Source of the DNA: Cetorhinus maximus
Taxonomy: Eukaryota
Direction of reading: 5' to 3'
Length of the DNA: 64,000 nt
Assembly (NCBI RefSeq): GCF_964194155.1
Contig: NC_135909.1
Span: 9,920,001-9,984,000, forward strand
Positions 1 to 13,276 of the stretch are shown here, in pieces (within the stretch, counting starts at the first letter, position 1; the number at the start of each line of letters is the position of its first letter). A program made the translations under genes and the position numbers. A model generated the notes under the pieces. That model searched no databases and was not told the DNA's origin. It saw only the letters and a program-made list of their open reading frames with translations.

Positions 1-391
1 CTGCCTCTACCACCAACTTGGGCCGCGAATTCCAGACACCCACTACCCTCTGCGTAAAAAAGTTTTTCCTCATGTCCCCCCTACACCTTCTGCCACTTAT
101 CTTGAATCTGTGTGCCCTTGTTCTAGAATTCTCCACCAAGGGAAACAATTTTATCCTGTCCACTCCATCTATTCCCCTCATAATGTTGTACACCTCAATC
201 AAGTCACCTCTCAGCCTTCTTTGTTCGAAGGAAAATTACCCCTACCTATCCAATCTCTCCTCGTAGCTACACTTTTCTAACCCTGGCAACATTTTTCTAA
301 ACCTCCCCTGCATTCTCTCCAGAGCTATTACGTCCTTCCTGTAATGTGGTGACCAGAACTGCACACAATACTCCAGTTGTGGCCTCACCAG
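1..391 (-). mobile_element. CR1-type LINE 3' RT fragment
   Basis: Minus strand reads like the CR1 ORF2 C-terminus (RPQLEYCVQFWSP...); truncated by the window start. Confidence 0.85.
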
Positions 392-394
392 GTA

Positions 395-1670
395 ATTCCA
401 CAATCACACATAACAACCAAGTTTGACTGAAATTTAATTTCACACTCACTCACAGTAACTGAGACTGACACAGAGTGAAGAGCACACTCACTGCATGACT
501 AAGACTGACAGACATGGAATTAATTCCACATCTATGTACAGTAACAGAGCTTGACATGTAAGGTATGAATTCCACACCCATAGACAGTACCAGAGACTAA
601 GCAAAAGAGAGTTGATTCCTCACTCACATACAACAGAGACAGAGAGTTACTTTCACACTCATATACAGTAACACAGGTTGACAGATGATTAATGTGGAAT
701 TAACTTTTTTGAAGTAACTGAGCCTGAAAGAGAGTTACTTCCATAGGCCTATACAGTAACAGAGACTGACAGACACAGAATTAATTCCACACTCCAATAC
801 AGTAACTGACAAACTTAATTTTATTCACCGAAAGTAACAGGTTATCATGCAAAGAGTTAATTTCACACTATTGTACAGCAACCAACATGGTCGGGATAGA
901 AAGCTAAATCAGCACTTGCACACATAACAGAGATTCACACTCATATGCAATAAGAGAGATTTGCAGAGAATTAATTGCACACTCTAAGTAACGGAGGCTG
1001 ACAAGTTGTTTGTTTATTCCTCACTCACATAGAGTAACATAGACTAATATGAGAGTGTGGAATAACTGTCTTAATTACTCTCAGTCTCTGTTATTGTAGG
1101 TTAATTCCTCACTAAAACATTAGTGGAAATTGACAGGTCCTTAATTCCACTCACAGATATCCTAACAAAGACTGTGAAAGAGAATTCCACACTTACAGTA
1201 ACTAAGACCGACCGATAGAGAGTTAATTCCACACTTACATACAGTAACTGAGACTGAGCAATGGAGACTTTGATCCACACTCACCTACACTAACAGAGAC
1301 TGACTGATTGTAGTTAATTCCACACTCACATTCAGTAACAGAGACTGACCAATAGACAGTTAATCCCGCATTCACACACATTAACAGGGACTGATATAAA
1401 GATTTAATTCCACATTCTCATACAGTAACAGAGACAGACCGACAGAGAGTTAATCCCTCATTCACAAACATTAACAGGGACTGATACAAAGATTTATTTC
1501 CACATTCTCACACTGTAACAGAGACTGACTGAGATTTAAATTTCACACTCACATTCAGTAAGTGATGGACAGAGACTGAATTCCACATTCACATGTAGAT
1601 CAGACTGAGGTAGTTCCACACTGAAATAGAGCAAAAGAGATGAACAGAAAGGTCAATCCCACAATGACAA
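395..1670 (+). repeat. Degenerate ~44-bp tandem satellite (AGAGTTAATTCCACACTCACATACAGTAACAGAGACTGAC-like), block 1
   Basis: TTAATTCCACACTCAC and ACAGTAACAGAGACTGAC recur roughly every 42-47 bp. Confidence 0.9.
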
Positions 1671-1679
1671 ATTAAAAAT

Positions 1680-3635
1680 ACAAGAAAGAGAAGCAGGAGA
1701 AGGCCATTCAGCCCATCGGGCCAGCTTCGCCATTCAATACGACCATGGCTGATCTGATTGTGGCCTCAACTCCACTTTCCCGTCCATCCTATAACCCTTG
1801 ACTCTCCTGTAGATCAAAAATATGTCCACTCCACTTGAATATATTCAATGACCTGACCCACCCTCCACTGCGCTCTAGGGTTCTGAATTACAAAGAAAAT
1901 AAATTCCTTCTCATCCCCACCTTCAATGGGAGATGTTCATTTTTAAACTGTGCCCTCTGGTTCTAGTTTCCCCATAAATGGAAACATTCCCCTCAACATC
2001 TACCCTCAGAATGTTATATATTTCAACGAGATCACCTCTCCTTCTTCGAAACTCCAGTGGTGATTGGCCCAACCTGCTTAAACATTCCTCATAAGACAAC
2101 TTCTTCATGTCAGGAATCAGTCTAGTCAAACTTCTCTGAACTGTCCTCAATGCAAGTATATCCCTCCTTAAATAAGGAGACCAAAACTTTACACAGCGCT
2201 CCACATGTCGTCTCACCAATGACCTGTTGTCATAGCAAGACTTCCCTACTTTTATATTCCACCCCGCCTTAGAATAAAGGCCAACATTCCATTTACCTTC
2301 CTAATTACTTGCTGCAGCTGCACTTTAACATCTTGTGATTCATGTACAAAGACACCCATATCCCCCTGTACTGCAACATTGTGTAGTCTGTCTCCACAGT
2401 ATCACAGTATTTTTACAGTGCAGAAGAAAACCATTCGGCTCCTCAAGTCTGCACTGGGTCTCTGAAAGAGCATTCCATCTAGTCCCACTTCCCTGCCTTA
2501 TCCCCGTAACCTTGCACATTTTTTCTTTTCAAGCAGCAGTCCAATTCGCTTTAGAATACCGCGATCAAACCTGCCTCCACCACACTTTCAGGAAGTTTGT
2601 TCCAGTCTCCAACCACCCTCTGGGTGAAACAAAAATCTTCTCATCACATTTTCTCCTTTTGCCAATTATTTTGAATCTGTGCCCTCTAGTTCCTGATGTT
2701 CTCTTGAGTGGTAACAATTTATCTCTATTTGCCCCGTCCATACCCCTCAGGATCTTGAACACCTCTCAGCCTTCTTTTCTCCAGGGCAAAGAGTCCCAAC
2801 CTCTCCAATCTGTCCTCATAGCTACAGTTCTTTACTGCTTTAATCATTCTTGTGAATCGCCTCTGTACTTTCTCCAATACCTTCACATCCTTCCTCAAGT
2901 GTGGTGCCCAGAACTGGAGTCAGTGCTCCAGATGAGGCCTAACAAGTGTTTTATACAATTTCAACATAACCTCCTTACTCTTATACTCAATGACCCTGTA
3001 ATTAAAGCCTATGATACTATATGCTTTATTAACTGCTCTTCAACATGCCCTGCCATGTTCAATGACCTATGTACGTATGCACAGAGGTCTTTCTGTTCCT
3101 GCACCTCCTTTAGAGGTTCTCCCTTTATTTTATACTATCTCAGCAGATTGTTCCTGCCAAAATGAATCACCTCACACTTTTCTGCATTGAAATTCATCTG
3201 CCACTTGTCTGCCCATTCCCCCAACATGTCTATGTCCTTTTTAAGTTCACAGTTGACAATATTTCTAATCTTTGTATCGTATGCAAATTTTGAAATCATA
3301 CCCAGCACACTCACAGTCTCGGTCATTAATATATATCTTTTAAACAATGTTTTGTTTTTCTATTCTTCCCATCAAAGTGGAAAACTCACATTTTCCCCAC
3401 ATTGTATTCCAAATGTTTGCCACTCACTTAACCTATCTATATCCTCTTGCAGACACTTTGTGTCCTCCTCACCACCTGCTTTTCCACCTATCTGTGTGTT
3501 GTCTGAAAATTTGTTGATGGTCTGTACCTTCATCTGAGTCATTAATATAGATTGTAAAAAGCTGAGAACCCAGCACTGATCCCTGTGGCACTCTACTATT
3601 TGCAGTCTGCTTACCTGAAAGTGGCCCACTTGCAA
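1680..3635 (-). mobile_element. Three adjacent/nested CR1 LINE fragments inserted in the satellite
   Basis: Minus-strand peptides CVKFWSPYLRRDILAL, SKFAYDTKI...WQMNFNAEKCEVIHFG, KFSDNTQIGG; CR1 3' UTR near 1680-1760. Confidence 0.85.
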
Positions 3636-3639
3636 ACAA

Positions 3640-4380
3640 GAACAGAGACTGATGGACAGAGTGTTAATTACACATTATTATAGATTGACAGAGAGTGAAT
3701 TCTGCACTCATACAGTAACAGAGACTAACAGTGTGTTTTTGCCATACTGAAATACATGATTGGAGACTGCAGGATATAGAATTAATTCACACTCACAAAG
3801 TAACGGAGTCGATGGAGAGAGAATTAATTCTACTTTCAGTTACACAATAGAGAAGGAGAATGATTAATGCTGCCCTCATATGCAGTAACAAAGACTCAGT
3901 TGATTACACTCTCACATGCAATAACAGCGATGAACAAAGGATTAATGCCCCACTCACATACACTAATAGAGAACACCAGATACAGAATTAATCCCGCCCT
4001 CTCTCACACTAACGAAGATGGATAGAGATGTAATTCTGCACTGAAACACAGGAGCACAGATCGACTAACAAAGAGTTAGCTGTGCTCTCAACCACAGTAA
4101 CAGAGATTGAGGGAGAGTTAATTCCACATTCACATGCATTAATAAAGGCTGGCAGATACAAAATTAATTCCATTCTCAAATAGACTAATGGAGACAGATA
4201 GGTAGAAAGTTACCATGATTCTGCCCTGAAACACAGTAACAGAGACTGCCAGATAGAGAGTTAATCATGCACTCACGTACAGATTGACAGATACCAGGGA
4301 TTAGTTAATTCTACATCCCCATACAGTAACAGAGATGGACAGGGAGAGAGTAAATTCCACACTCTCGTACAATAACAGTG
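3640..4380 (+). repeat. ~44-bp satellite, block 2 (same family as 395-1670)
   Basis: Same GAGTTAATTCCACACTC...CAGTAACAGAGA unit, more degenerate. Confidence 0.85.
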
Positions 4381-4399
4381 ACCTGGTTCGCACTTGAAT

Positions 4400-6545
4400 A
4401 ATTCATCTGACGTGTGTCACACGGCCTCTTTATTGTTTCATCATATTTTCTATCTTCCTCATCATCCAAGGAGCCCAGGCTTTGGTTTCCCTCCCTTCTC
4501 CCTTATTGGAATGTACCTAGTCTGTACCTGAAAAATCTCCTCCTGAAAGATCATCCATTGCTCTGTTACAGTTTTTCCTTTCACTCTCTGCTTCTATTTC
4601 ACCCTGGCTAAATCCCCTCTCTTCCCATTGAAGTTAACGCTCTACCAATCACTCTTACCCAAGGGTGCACCCACAGACACTTCGTTCACGTGGCCAACCT
4701 TGGCCCACCTCCTTCCCCAGCACCAGATCCAGCAATGCCTCCTTCCTAACTGGACTGAGAACATTCTGGTCCAGGAAGTGCCTCTGAACACATTTCAGAA
4801 ATCCCCAGATATCACCACTCTATAGTTCTTATACATCTGTGATTTCTCTGCAGATTTGCTTCTCTATCCCTCTCACTACACCTCCCTTTTTTCCTTATCT
4901 CTCTTTCCTGAACACTTTGTACACTTGAATATGAACCCGACCCTCACCATTTTTAAACCATGTTTTAATCATTGCCACTACATCATTTTCCCACATGGCT
5001 ATTTGTGCTTTGAGATCACCAACGTTATTCACCACGCATTATGCGATTACAAACATCCAATCTAAACAGTCCCTTGTATCCCTCTTAGATTCTTCTTCAT
5101 CTACTCCTATCTTATATGCTCCGACTTCCTTCTCTAGTTATTCCTCTTTTCTACTTCTATATACAGATTCCCAGCCCCTGTGACCTTAGTTCAAACCCTC
5201 CCAACCACACGAGTGACGCTCCCCAAATGGACATTGGTCCCAGTCTTGTTAAGGTGCAACCTGTTCCTTTCAAATAGGTGTTTCCTGTTCCAGAACTGGC
5301 CCTAATGTCCACGAATCTTAAGCCCTCCCACCTCCTGCACTGGCCTCAAGCCACATATTGACATTTACATTTACATATTTACATTTCTACTCCCACTAGC
5401 ACATGCCACAGTAATAGTAATCCAGAGATTGCTGCCTTTTAGGTCCTACTTTTTAACTACCTCCCTAGCTGCTGAAATTCTGACTGAGGGACCACAATAC
5501 CTGTCCTCCCTGTGTCATTGATACTGACGTGTACCACAACCTCTGGCTCACTCTCTTCCCCCTGCAGAATATTCTGCACCTTCTCCGTGATGTCCTTTAC
5601 CCTGGCACCAAGGAGACAGCACACCATGTGGGACTCACAATGACGGATACAGAAATGCCTGTCTGTCCCCCTGACTATGGGATCTGCTCTAACAACTGCA
5701 TTTCTACTCTTCACTTTTCCCTCCTGTGCAGATTCTTGCCCATTGACTGCAGTTCTTCAGGGTGTCACCATTCCCAGCAGTCTCCAGTGCTGAGTACCGG
5801 TTTGACAGTGGCACACACCCCGCAGACTACTGCATTTCCTGCCTGTTCCTACTCTTCTGGATGGCCACCCAACTTCAATCCTGAACACCCTCTTTCCCTT
5901 TGGGGTGTTCACCACCTGGAATGTACGATCCAGGAAAGTCTCATCCTCCCTGATTCTCTGCAGTGATTCCAGCTGCCCCTCAAGGTCAGAAATCCTGAGC
6001 TCGAACTCAAGCAGCTGGAGACACTTGTATACAATTGGCCCCAAGACACATGAAGTGTCCTGAGGTTCCCACATGGGGCAGGAACTGTAAACAACAGGTC
6101 ACAGCTGCCCATCCATGATCTAAAACAAACCTCTATTCCCTCTTTTAGAATCCAGTTTGTACCTTGTTTAAATTATTAATTTTATTTAATGCCTCTCGAC
6201 CTGCTCTGCATTAATAGTCTTATTACGCTTATACTTACTGTTGTTCTTACCCTGATTGAAACGTTTAATTTTCCAGCTCCTAGTTTAAATCAGTGCCCTA
6301 ATTTAGAGAAATCGGCACAAACCAACCAGTTCCCTTCTTTCCCCTGATATCATGCTTTGACTATTTATTATAACCATGGCCGGTTTGCTCCAACCCCTCC
6401 CTCACAGCTCTTTATCCCCCCCACCGCTCTCACTCTTCTCTCCTTCTCTCTCTCATTGCTGCTCTCGGGCTGCTCTGCCGCTGCTCTTTATCCACCCTCC
6501 AGCCTAACTCAACTTTCACTCTCACTCACCCTCAGCTCCTACACA
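4400..6545 (-). mobile_element. CR1 LINE 5' half: 5' UTR, ORF1 (zinc-finger plus SGNH esterase-like domain) and decayed start of ORF2
   Basis: Minus ORFs 5757-6074 (KCLQLLEFELRISDLEGQLESL, coiled-coil) and 5457-5714 (MVCCLLGARVKD...PEVVVHVSIND), typical of CR1 ORF1; purine-rich leader at 6380-6545 recurs at 51420-51760. Confidence 0.8.
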
Positions 6546-6559
6546 GTCCCAAGTTATTG

Positions 6560-6980
6560 ACTGTTTAGGAAATTCTCGGATCTTTGCTCCAAGATGGATG
6601 ATCTCACACTTCCACATGTTGAACATCTTCAGCCAGTTTTGTTCACTCACGGAATCTGTCAATGACCCTTTGAAACTTGCTGCTCCCACCTACACTACTA
6701 ACCATGTCACCTAACCTAGTGTCATCAGCAATCTTGGATATCGGCACCTCCTCGGCACCATCTCCAGTGCAATCACTTCCTTCCTATAGTGTGATAACCA
6801 GAACTGCACACAGGACTCCAATTGTTGCCTAACTAGTATTTTATACAGCTGCAACCTTCCTGCTCTTATATTCTATGCCTCGGCTAATAAAGGCAAGTAT
6901 CCTATATGCCTTCTTACCTACCGGTGCTGCTCCCTTCAGGGATCGATGGACATTTAAACCAAGGTCCCTCTGATCCTCTA
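6560..6980 (-). mobile_element. CR1 RT fragments
   Basis: KIADDTRLG-like and ESCVQFWLSHYRK-like segments on the minus strand. Confidence 0.7.
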
Positions 6981-6989
6981 TGAAATTCT

Positions 6990-7690
6990 GTGATCAGCCC
7001 ATAACGACCTGCCCCCATCATTCCACTTATTGCTACTTTTATTTCAGCTAACCCTACTTCTTTATCACAAAGGGTTGCCTCTTCCCCTTTAACCCCTCTT
7101 CAATAAAAGTGCTCACTTTCTCCACCGACAATTTGCAAATGTGTTCTTTTGCATATAACCCTTGTTAAAGAAGAGGTACCAGAAGGACAGCCTGTGCTTA
7201 ATGTTGCTAAGGCTGTAGGACTTTATGAGATGTAGCTGAAGATTCTGCGGGATGTAATAGTGGAAATTGTGAGGGTACTGGCCAGAATCTTCTGAATTCT
7301 ATTTCTTTCTGTAATGGACAGCTACAAACCACTTGTTTATTCCAGGACACTAAAAAAATTAATGTGAATCAGAGCTGAGCAGATTCTAACGTCGCACGTC
7401 TCCAGTTTTGTTTTTTTTACTGAGAAACCAGTCCTCCATGTAAGCTTTTTGCTCAAAGAATGAGACCCCCGCTTCCTGGGAACACAGCAGCGATACCTCC
7501 AAGATCTGATTTACAACCTTCAAACTCAGTGAAAGGCTTTCACCCTCCCCTCGGGGTCTGACCGTCACTTCACAACCAACATTCGGCTGGGATGGGCAGA
7601 CAAAACAACTTCCTTCCCCGCAGTCCCCCAGCACGGACTGGATAATCTCCCAAGCTCGTATTCCACGAATGTTACATTGCTCCACCGATT
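6990..7690 (-). repeat. Local segmental duplication, copy A (inverted relative to copies B and C)
   Basis: Reverse complement aligns by eye to 44670-45460 and 27880-28420, e.g. GTGAAAGCCTTTCACTGAGTTT and AGTAGCAATAAGTGGAATG. Confidence 0.85.
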
Positions 7691-7869
7691 TGTGTTATTC
7701 CCACAAGCTCCGGCAATCTCAGCCCAAATGCCCAGGCCTTTTATTCTCTCGTTAACTAACATTTTGCCTCCTTATTAAGTCCATCCTGAGAAGAGGGTCT
7801 CGGTATTCCGACTTCCTCTGCAGACATCCGGTTGCTGCTAATGGACCAAAAGAGGCCTAAAACCTGAAA

Positions 7870-10310
7870 GAAACCCTCTGGCACAGCCCTCTGAACATGT
7901 CTCCATTAGACCGTGCAGACAACACCTGCTTCATAGAGAACAATGGTGAGAATATGAGCAATTTCAGTGCCAGTATTCCATGGGAATAGAGGATACATGA
8001 TAAAACAGAATTTACAATACTGAATGGATCCTCTGGGAGCAGGACCGTAGAGGATGAATTCCTGGAGTGTATACGGGATGTTTTTCTGGACCAATACATT
8101 GAGGAACCAACGAGAGCACAGGCCATCCTCGAATGGGTATTGTTTAATGGGAAAGAAAAATATTGGCAATCTAGTTGTGTCCCCCCTTTGGGGATGAGCA
8201 ATCATAACTTGTTAGAATTCTTCATCAAGATGGAGAGTGACGCAGTTGATTCTGAGACTTGGGTCCTGAATCTTAATAAAGGAAATTACGATGGTATGAG
8301 GTGCGAGTTGCGCTATGATGGATTGGGAAACATTATTTAAAGGGATGATGGTGGGTAGGCGACGGCAATCATTCAAAGAACGCATGGGTGAACTGCAACA
8401 ATTGTTTATTCCTGTCTGGAGCAAAAGTAAAACAGGAAAGATGGCCAAACCATGGCTTACAAGGGAAATTAGAGATAGTATTAGATCCAAGGAAGAGGCA
8501 TACAATTGGCCAGAAAAAACAACAAACCTGAGGATTTGGAGCAGTTTAAAATTCAGCAATAGAGGACCAAGGGATTGATTAAGAAGATGAAAACAGAGCA
8601 CGAGTGTAAGCTTGCAGGGAACATAGAAAACGACTGTAAACGTTTCTATAGGTGTGTGAAGAGAAAAAGATTTGTGAAGACAAGTGTGGGTCACTTACAG
8701 TCAGAAACAGGGGAATTTATAATGGGGAACAAAGAAATGGCTGACCAACTAAATAAATACTTTTGTTCTGTCTTCACAAAGGAGGACACTAATAACATAC
8801 CAGAAATGTTGGGGAACACTGGGTTAATGAGAGGGAGGAACTGAAAGAAATCAGTATTAGTTGGGAAATGATGTTTGGGAAATTGATGGGATTGAAGGCC
8901 GATAAATCCCCACGGACTGATCATCTACATTCCAGAGTACTTAAGGAAGTGGCCCTCGAAATAGTGGATGCATTGGTGGTCATCTTCCGAGATTCAATAG
9001 ACTCTAGAACAGTTCTTACAGATTGGAGGGTAGCTAATTTAACCCCACTATTTAAAAAGAGAGGCAGAGAGAAAACAGGGAATTATAGACCAGTCAGCCT
9101 GATGTCGGTAGTGGGGAAAATTCTAGAGTCCATTATAAAAGATTTAATAGCTGAGCACGTGGAAATCAGTGGCAGAATCGGACAGAGTCAGCATGGAATT
9201 ATGAAAGTGAAAACATGCTTGACAAATCTAGTGGAATCTTTCGAGGATGTAACCAGTAGAGGTGATGAGTGGGAGCCAGTGGATGTGGTTTATTTGGACT
9301 TTCAGAAGGCTTTCCACAAAGTCCCACGTGAGAGGTTGGTGTATAAAATTAAAGCGCATGGGATTGGGGGCAGTGTATTGAGAAGGATAGAAAACAGTTT
9401 GGCAGACAGGAAACAAAGAGTAGGAATAAATGAGTCTTTTTCCGAATAGCAGGCAGTGACTTCTGGGATACCGCAGGGATCATTGCTGGGATCCCAGTTA
9501 TTCACAATATATATTAATGATTTAGATGAGGGAATTAAACGTAATATCTCCAAATTTGCAGATGACACAAAGCTGGGTGGGAGGGTGAGCTATGAGGAGG
9601 ATGCAGAGATGCTTCAGTGTGATTTGGACAAGCTGACTGAGTGGGCAAATGCATGGCAGATGCAGTATAATGTGGATAAATGTGAGGTTATCCATTTTGG
9701 TAGCAAAAACAAGAAGACAGATTATTATCTGAATGTTTTAAATTGAGAGAGGGGAATGTGCAGCGAGACCTGGGTGTCCTTATACACCAGTCGCTGAAGG
9801 TAACCATGCAGGTGCAGCAGGTGGTAAAGAAGGCAAATGGTATGTTGGCCTTCATAGCCAGAGGATTCGAGTACAGGGACAGGGATATCTTGCTGCAATT
9901 ATACAGGACCTTGGTGAGACCACATCTGGAATATTGTGTGCAGTTTTGGTCTCCTTATCTGAGGAAGGATGAACTTACTATAGAGGGAGTGCAACGAAGG
10001 TTTACCTGACTGATTCCTGGGATGGCGGGACTGACATATGAGGAGACTGAGATGAGGAGAAATTCCTTCACCCAGAGAGTGGTGATCCTGTGGAATTCGT
10101 TACCACAGAAAGCAGTTGAGACCAAAACATTGTATGCTTTCAAGAAGGAGTTAGAGAGAGCTCTTGGGGCGAAAGGGATCAAAGGATATGGGGAGAAAGC
10201 AGGAGCTGGCTATTGAGTTGGATGATCAGCCATGATCATAATGAATGGCGGAGCAGGCTCGAAAGGCCGAATGGCCTTCTCCTGCTCCCAGTTTCTATGT
10301 TTCTATGACT
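7870..10310 (+). mobile_element. CR1 LINE ORF2 (end of endonuclease, RT, 3' UTR), disrupted
   Basis: ORFs with NYRPVSL, YLDFQKAF, GIPQGS, KFADDTKL, LEYCVQFWSPYL; frameshifts and stops; 3' tail TTTCTATGTTTCTATG; ~190-bp internal deletion near 10045. Confidence 0.95.
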
Positions 10311-11910
10311 CAAGACAAAGTCGAAAAACCCAGTGGATTGTTAGAGGAAAATTTAACCACTGGACAATGGCAGCTGAAATACAGACCAAAAAAAAGTTCC
10401 TGACCTTATTCCCTTTATTTCAAGTTGTTTACAATCAAATGAAGAAATAAAAACTGTTGGAGGGAATTTCCATGATTTATGGAAACACCAACACCCGCCA
10501 GTTGTCAATCACTCAGCCCCATCAGACCCACCCACACTGACGGGAGCTTCCTGCATCCAGCACTGGCCCTGTCGCACTCACCAGCTGCTCACCCAGACCC
10601 CACTCTCACAAACACTGAACATTTGCATCCAGGACCTTCAAATTATTTTTAACAATGAGAAAAAACATATTCACATTTCATGGCAGTTTGGTTGAACGGA
10701 ACAAATGTTCAACTTTTCACCGTCACTCGGGAACCACGTTCGACATTCCTTCAATCAGTTGTATAAATTATCGGCTGTAAAGATTTATTTCACTGGGTTA
10801 AATAATTTCCATGTGAGGAATGTTCCAGCGTGAGAATGGAGGGGGACGGGCTGACTGAGCTGTGTCTTCACCGCTTCTGGGCAGTGGGAATGTTCACCCT
10901 TCATTCTGCCCCCATTCACTTTCCCAAGGGGAATCTGCAGATTCTCCAATCTGGGCCCTGAGATTTATTCTTTGGTTCCTTTTGATTTGTCCCTTTTCCT
11001 GACTGACAATATTTTCCAAAGCTCGGGATAAACATCCCGCTTGCATCGTGCCTGTGTTCGGCTGGAAGCGGCCGATAGTGACCCCGAACTGGTCACCTCC
11101 ACACCGACAGATACAACACGGTCACACTCTGCTTCACTGAGATTAATGCCGAGAGCGGATTCTAGGTCCAATGCAACAGCGAACACTTTTCATTTGAAGG
11201 AATTGTGGGTTATTAAGGTGTTTTGAAGGTCCTGATTTTTTGTAGTGCATCCATCCCAAACGCTTTGGGTTTTTCCTGGAGTGATACCTAATATCCCTCT
11301 TTGGGAAAGATTAAAGTTAATTGGAACGTGTTGACCAGGTCATGAGGATAACTCCTTGAAATTGTTACGTGCTGCCAGCTTAACAACACCTAAACACTTG
11401 ATACTTTTGTTCACAAATGAATTAAAACCAAATTTCCGCCCCGCTGTAAATGCAGAATATTCAGTATTTTAACCGGAGTCAGAAACAGGTCAGTCACAGA
11501 TATTCAGTGAGTTCCCGGAAAACAGGATATAGAAACTGCTTGTTCCAGCGTTCATACAGTAATCTGCTTTGATCTCTCTTCCTCTTATTTCCCAGGATGA
11601 TGTTTGAATTCTGACCCAGTGACGTTCCCCTTGTCTATTCAAAATCTCGATGTTCGTGTTCCGGGCGTCAATTGTTAAATAGAATAGAGCCCAGCTCTTC
11701 CAGTAGCGGCACACTGGGGAGAGTTTCTCATTGTGTGTGGTAACTTCCACTAGGTCTCTTCTTCGACGGTTACAGAAAGGAAACCCTGTCATTGTTAAAG
11801 CCTTTGCAGAGAGTCCACTGTAAAAGGAGAGACCATTTTAACCTTAAATTCCAGATTTGGCCCTGTTATAAAGCAAGCGCCCAACTGCCCAGATGAAATC
11901 CAACGAAGTC

Positions 11911-11984
11911 AGGTTCTGCTGGGATTTGGACCCAGGGTCTCCTGTTTACTCGGCAGGTGTTTTAACCAATTAAACCACAGAACC
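11911..11984 (-). pseudogene. tRNA-Thr(AGT) variant or pseudogene
   Basis: Sense GGTTCTGTGGTTTAATTGGTTAAAACACCTGCCGAGTAAACAGGAGACCCTGGGTCCAAATCCCAGCAGAACCT; acceptor, D and T stems pair, but U33>G, U55>C and a C31-A39 mismatch. Confidence 0.8.
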
Positions 11985-12084
11985 TAACGATGCTCAATTA
12001 CCCGCAAGGAATTGCTAGAAACCCTTCGCAGATCTGGTAGTATTTGTGAAGAGTGAAACAGTTTAAATTTCAGGGCGCGAACTT

Positions 12085-12205
12085 GCACCAAAAAGACCTG
12101 AAACGTGAATCTGTTTCACTCTCCACAGATGCTGCCAGATGTGCTGAGCAATTGCAGCATTTTCTGGCGATGTTTCAGATATCCAGCATCCGCAGTATTT
12201 TGCTT
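12085..12205 (+). mobile_element. Penelope-like terminal fragment
   Basis: GACCTGAAACGT...CACAGATGCTGCCAG...CCAGCATCCGCAGTATTTTGCTTTT matches the 3' terminus at 61700-61810. Confidence 0.75.
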
Positions 12206-12329
12206 TTGTACCAAAGGACAATGAGCTGCCTTTCCTGCCCTGTGGGTTATTGCAGGACAAAACAAAAACCTTTAAAGATGCTGACCAGAGTCAGTCTGCT
12301 GAGCTTTCAGAAAGATTTCAAATGATGAT

Positions 12330-12760
12330 GTGAATCTGCACCACTGAATATCAAGGCCATCACGGTTTAGACAGCTGTAATGAACAGCTCCTGTTACAGC
12401 TTTAGATCAGACAGTGGAGGATTATCACAGGCGCTCTGTCAGACTGCATGTTCCTTCAGACAGGTTTCCAACTGGACACATGGAATGAGCGGCTCTGAAC
12501 ATTAGTGGTTGAGGTGGAGATTTCTCATAGGCTGAACTGGAGTTCCAGTTCCATTCCCAGACATTTCCCTTTCTCTTTCTGAATCTATCTCTGTCCTCTT
12601 GCTCATTTACACTTTTCATTGTTTCATCATTAGCGGCCACGTCTTCAGCTGTCTGAGCCTTTAGCTCAGCAATTCCTTCTAGAAACATCCCCAGTTCACT
12701 CTCCCCTTTAAAATCTATCAGTTTTACGAAGGTTTTGTTCAGTTGTCCAAATATGTGGCT
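12330..12760 (+). repeat. Local duplication, inverted partner of 41380-41860
   Basis: GATCAGACAGTGGAGG...TTTCCAACTGGACACATGG is the reverse complement of CCATGTGTCCAATTGGAA...CCTCCACTGTCTGATC. Confidence 0.8.
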
Positions 12761-12889
12761 CGATGTCGAATGTTGCTTGATAGAACTCCTTTGAAGCGCT
12801 TTGCGGAGTTGTATTAAATCTCGGAGCTGTTGCTGAAATCGATCAGTGAAATGAGCTGTGTTCCGGTGACCAAGAGCTTTTGTTTTATT

Positions 12890-13182
12890 CTTTCACGGGA
12901 TGTGGGCGTCGATGGCTCGTCCAGCATTTATTACCCAACCGAAATTGTCCTTGAGAAGCTGCCATCTTGAACCGCTACAGTCCATGTGGTGTAGGTGCAC
13001 CCACTGTGCTGTTAGGGAGGAGGTTGCAGGGTTTTGCCCCAGCGACAGTGAAGGGGCGGCGATCCAGTTCCAAGTCAGGATGGTTTGTGGTTCGGAGGGC
13101 AGCTTGCTGCTGGTGGTGTTCTCATGCATCTGCTGCCCTTTTCCTTCCAAGTGCTGGAGGTCTCGGGTTTGGAAGTTGCTGA
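12890..13182 (-). mobile_element. 3' tail of second non-LTR (CR1/L2-group) LINE family
   Basis: Reverse complement of the ...CCTTCACTGTCGCTGGG...AAATGCTGG...GCCCACATCCC tail also seen at 36380-36970 and 53790-54000. Confidence 0.75.
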
Positions 13183-13193
13183 AGGAAAATTAG

Positions 13194-13276
13194 TGTTAGG
13201 AGTGGGATTTGAACCCACGCCTCCAGAGGAGACTGCGACCTGAACGCAGCGCCTTAGACCGCTCGGCCATCCTGAC
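13194..13276 (-). tRNA. tRNA-Leu-CAG: tRNA-Leu(CAG)
   Basis: Sense GTCAGGATGGCCGAGCGGTCTAAGGCGCTGCGTTCAGGTCGCAGTCTCCTCTGGAGGCGTGGGTTCAAATCCCACTCCTAACA; near-canonical vertebrate sequence with one acceptor mismatch (C3-A70); T4 terminator just downstream. Confidence 0.92.

Noticed and set aside
395-1670. Regularly spaced repeats superficially like a CRISPR array
   Set aside because: The whole unit repeats with degeneracy, there are no unique spacers or cas genes, and the context is eukaryotic
2335-3165. 276-aa plus-strand ORF
   Set aside because: Antisense shadow of a CR1 RT fragment; no independent protein features
10035-10055. ~190-bp internal deletion in CR1 at a GACTG-like microhomology
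   Set aside because: Ordinary decay of a dead element; no GT-AG evidence for splicing
11705-11840. HTGE-like and ERPF-like codons suggesting a C2H2 zinc-finger relic
   Set aside because: No C-x2-C/H-x3-H periodicity; consistent with chance
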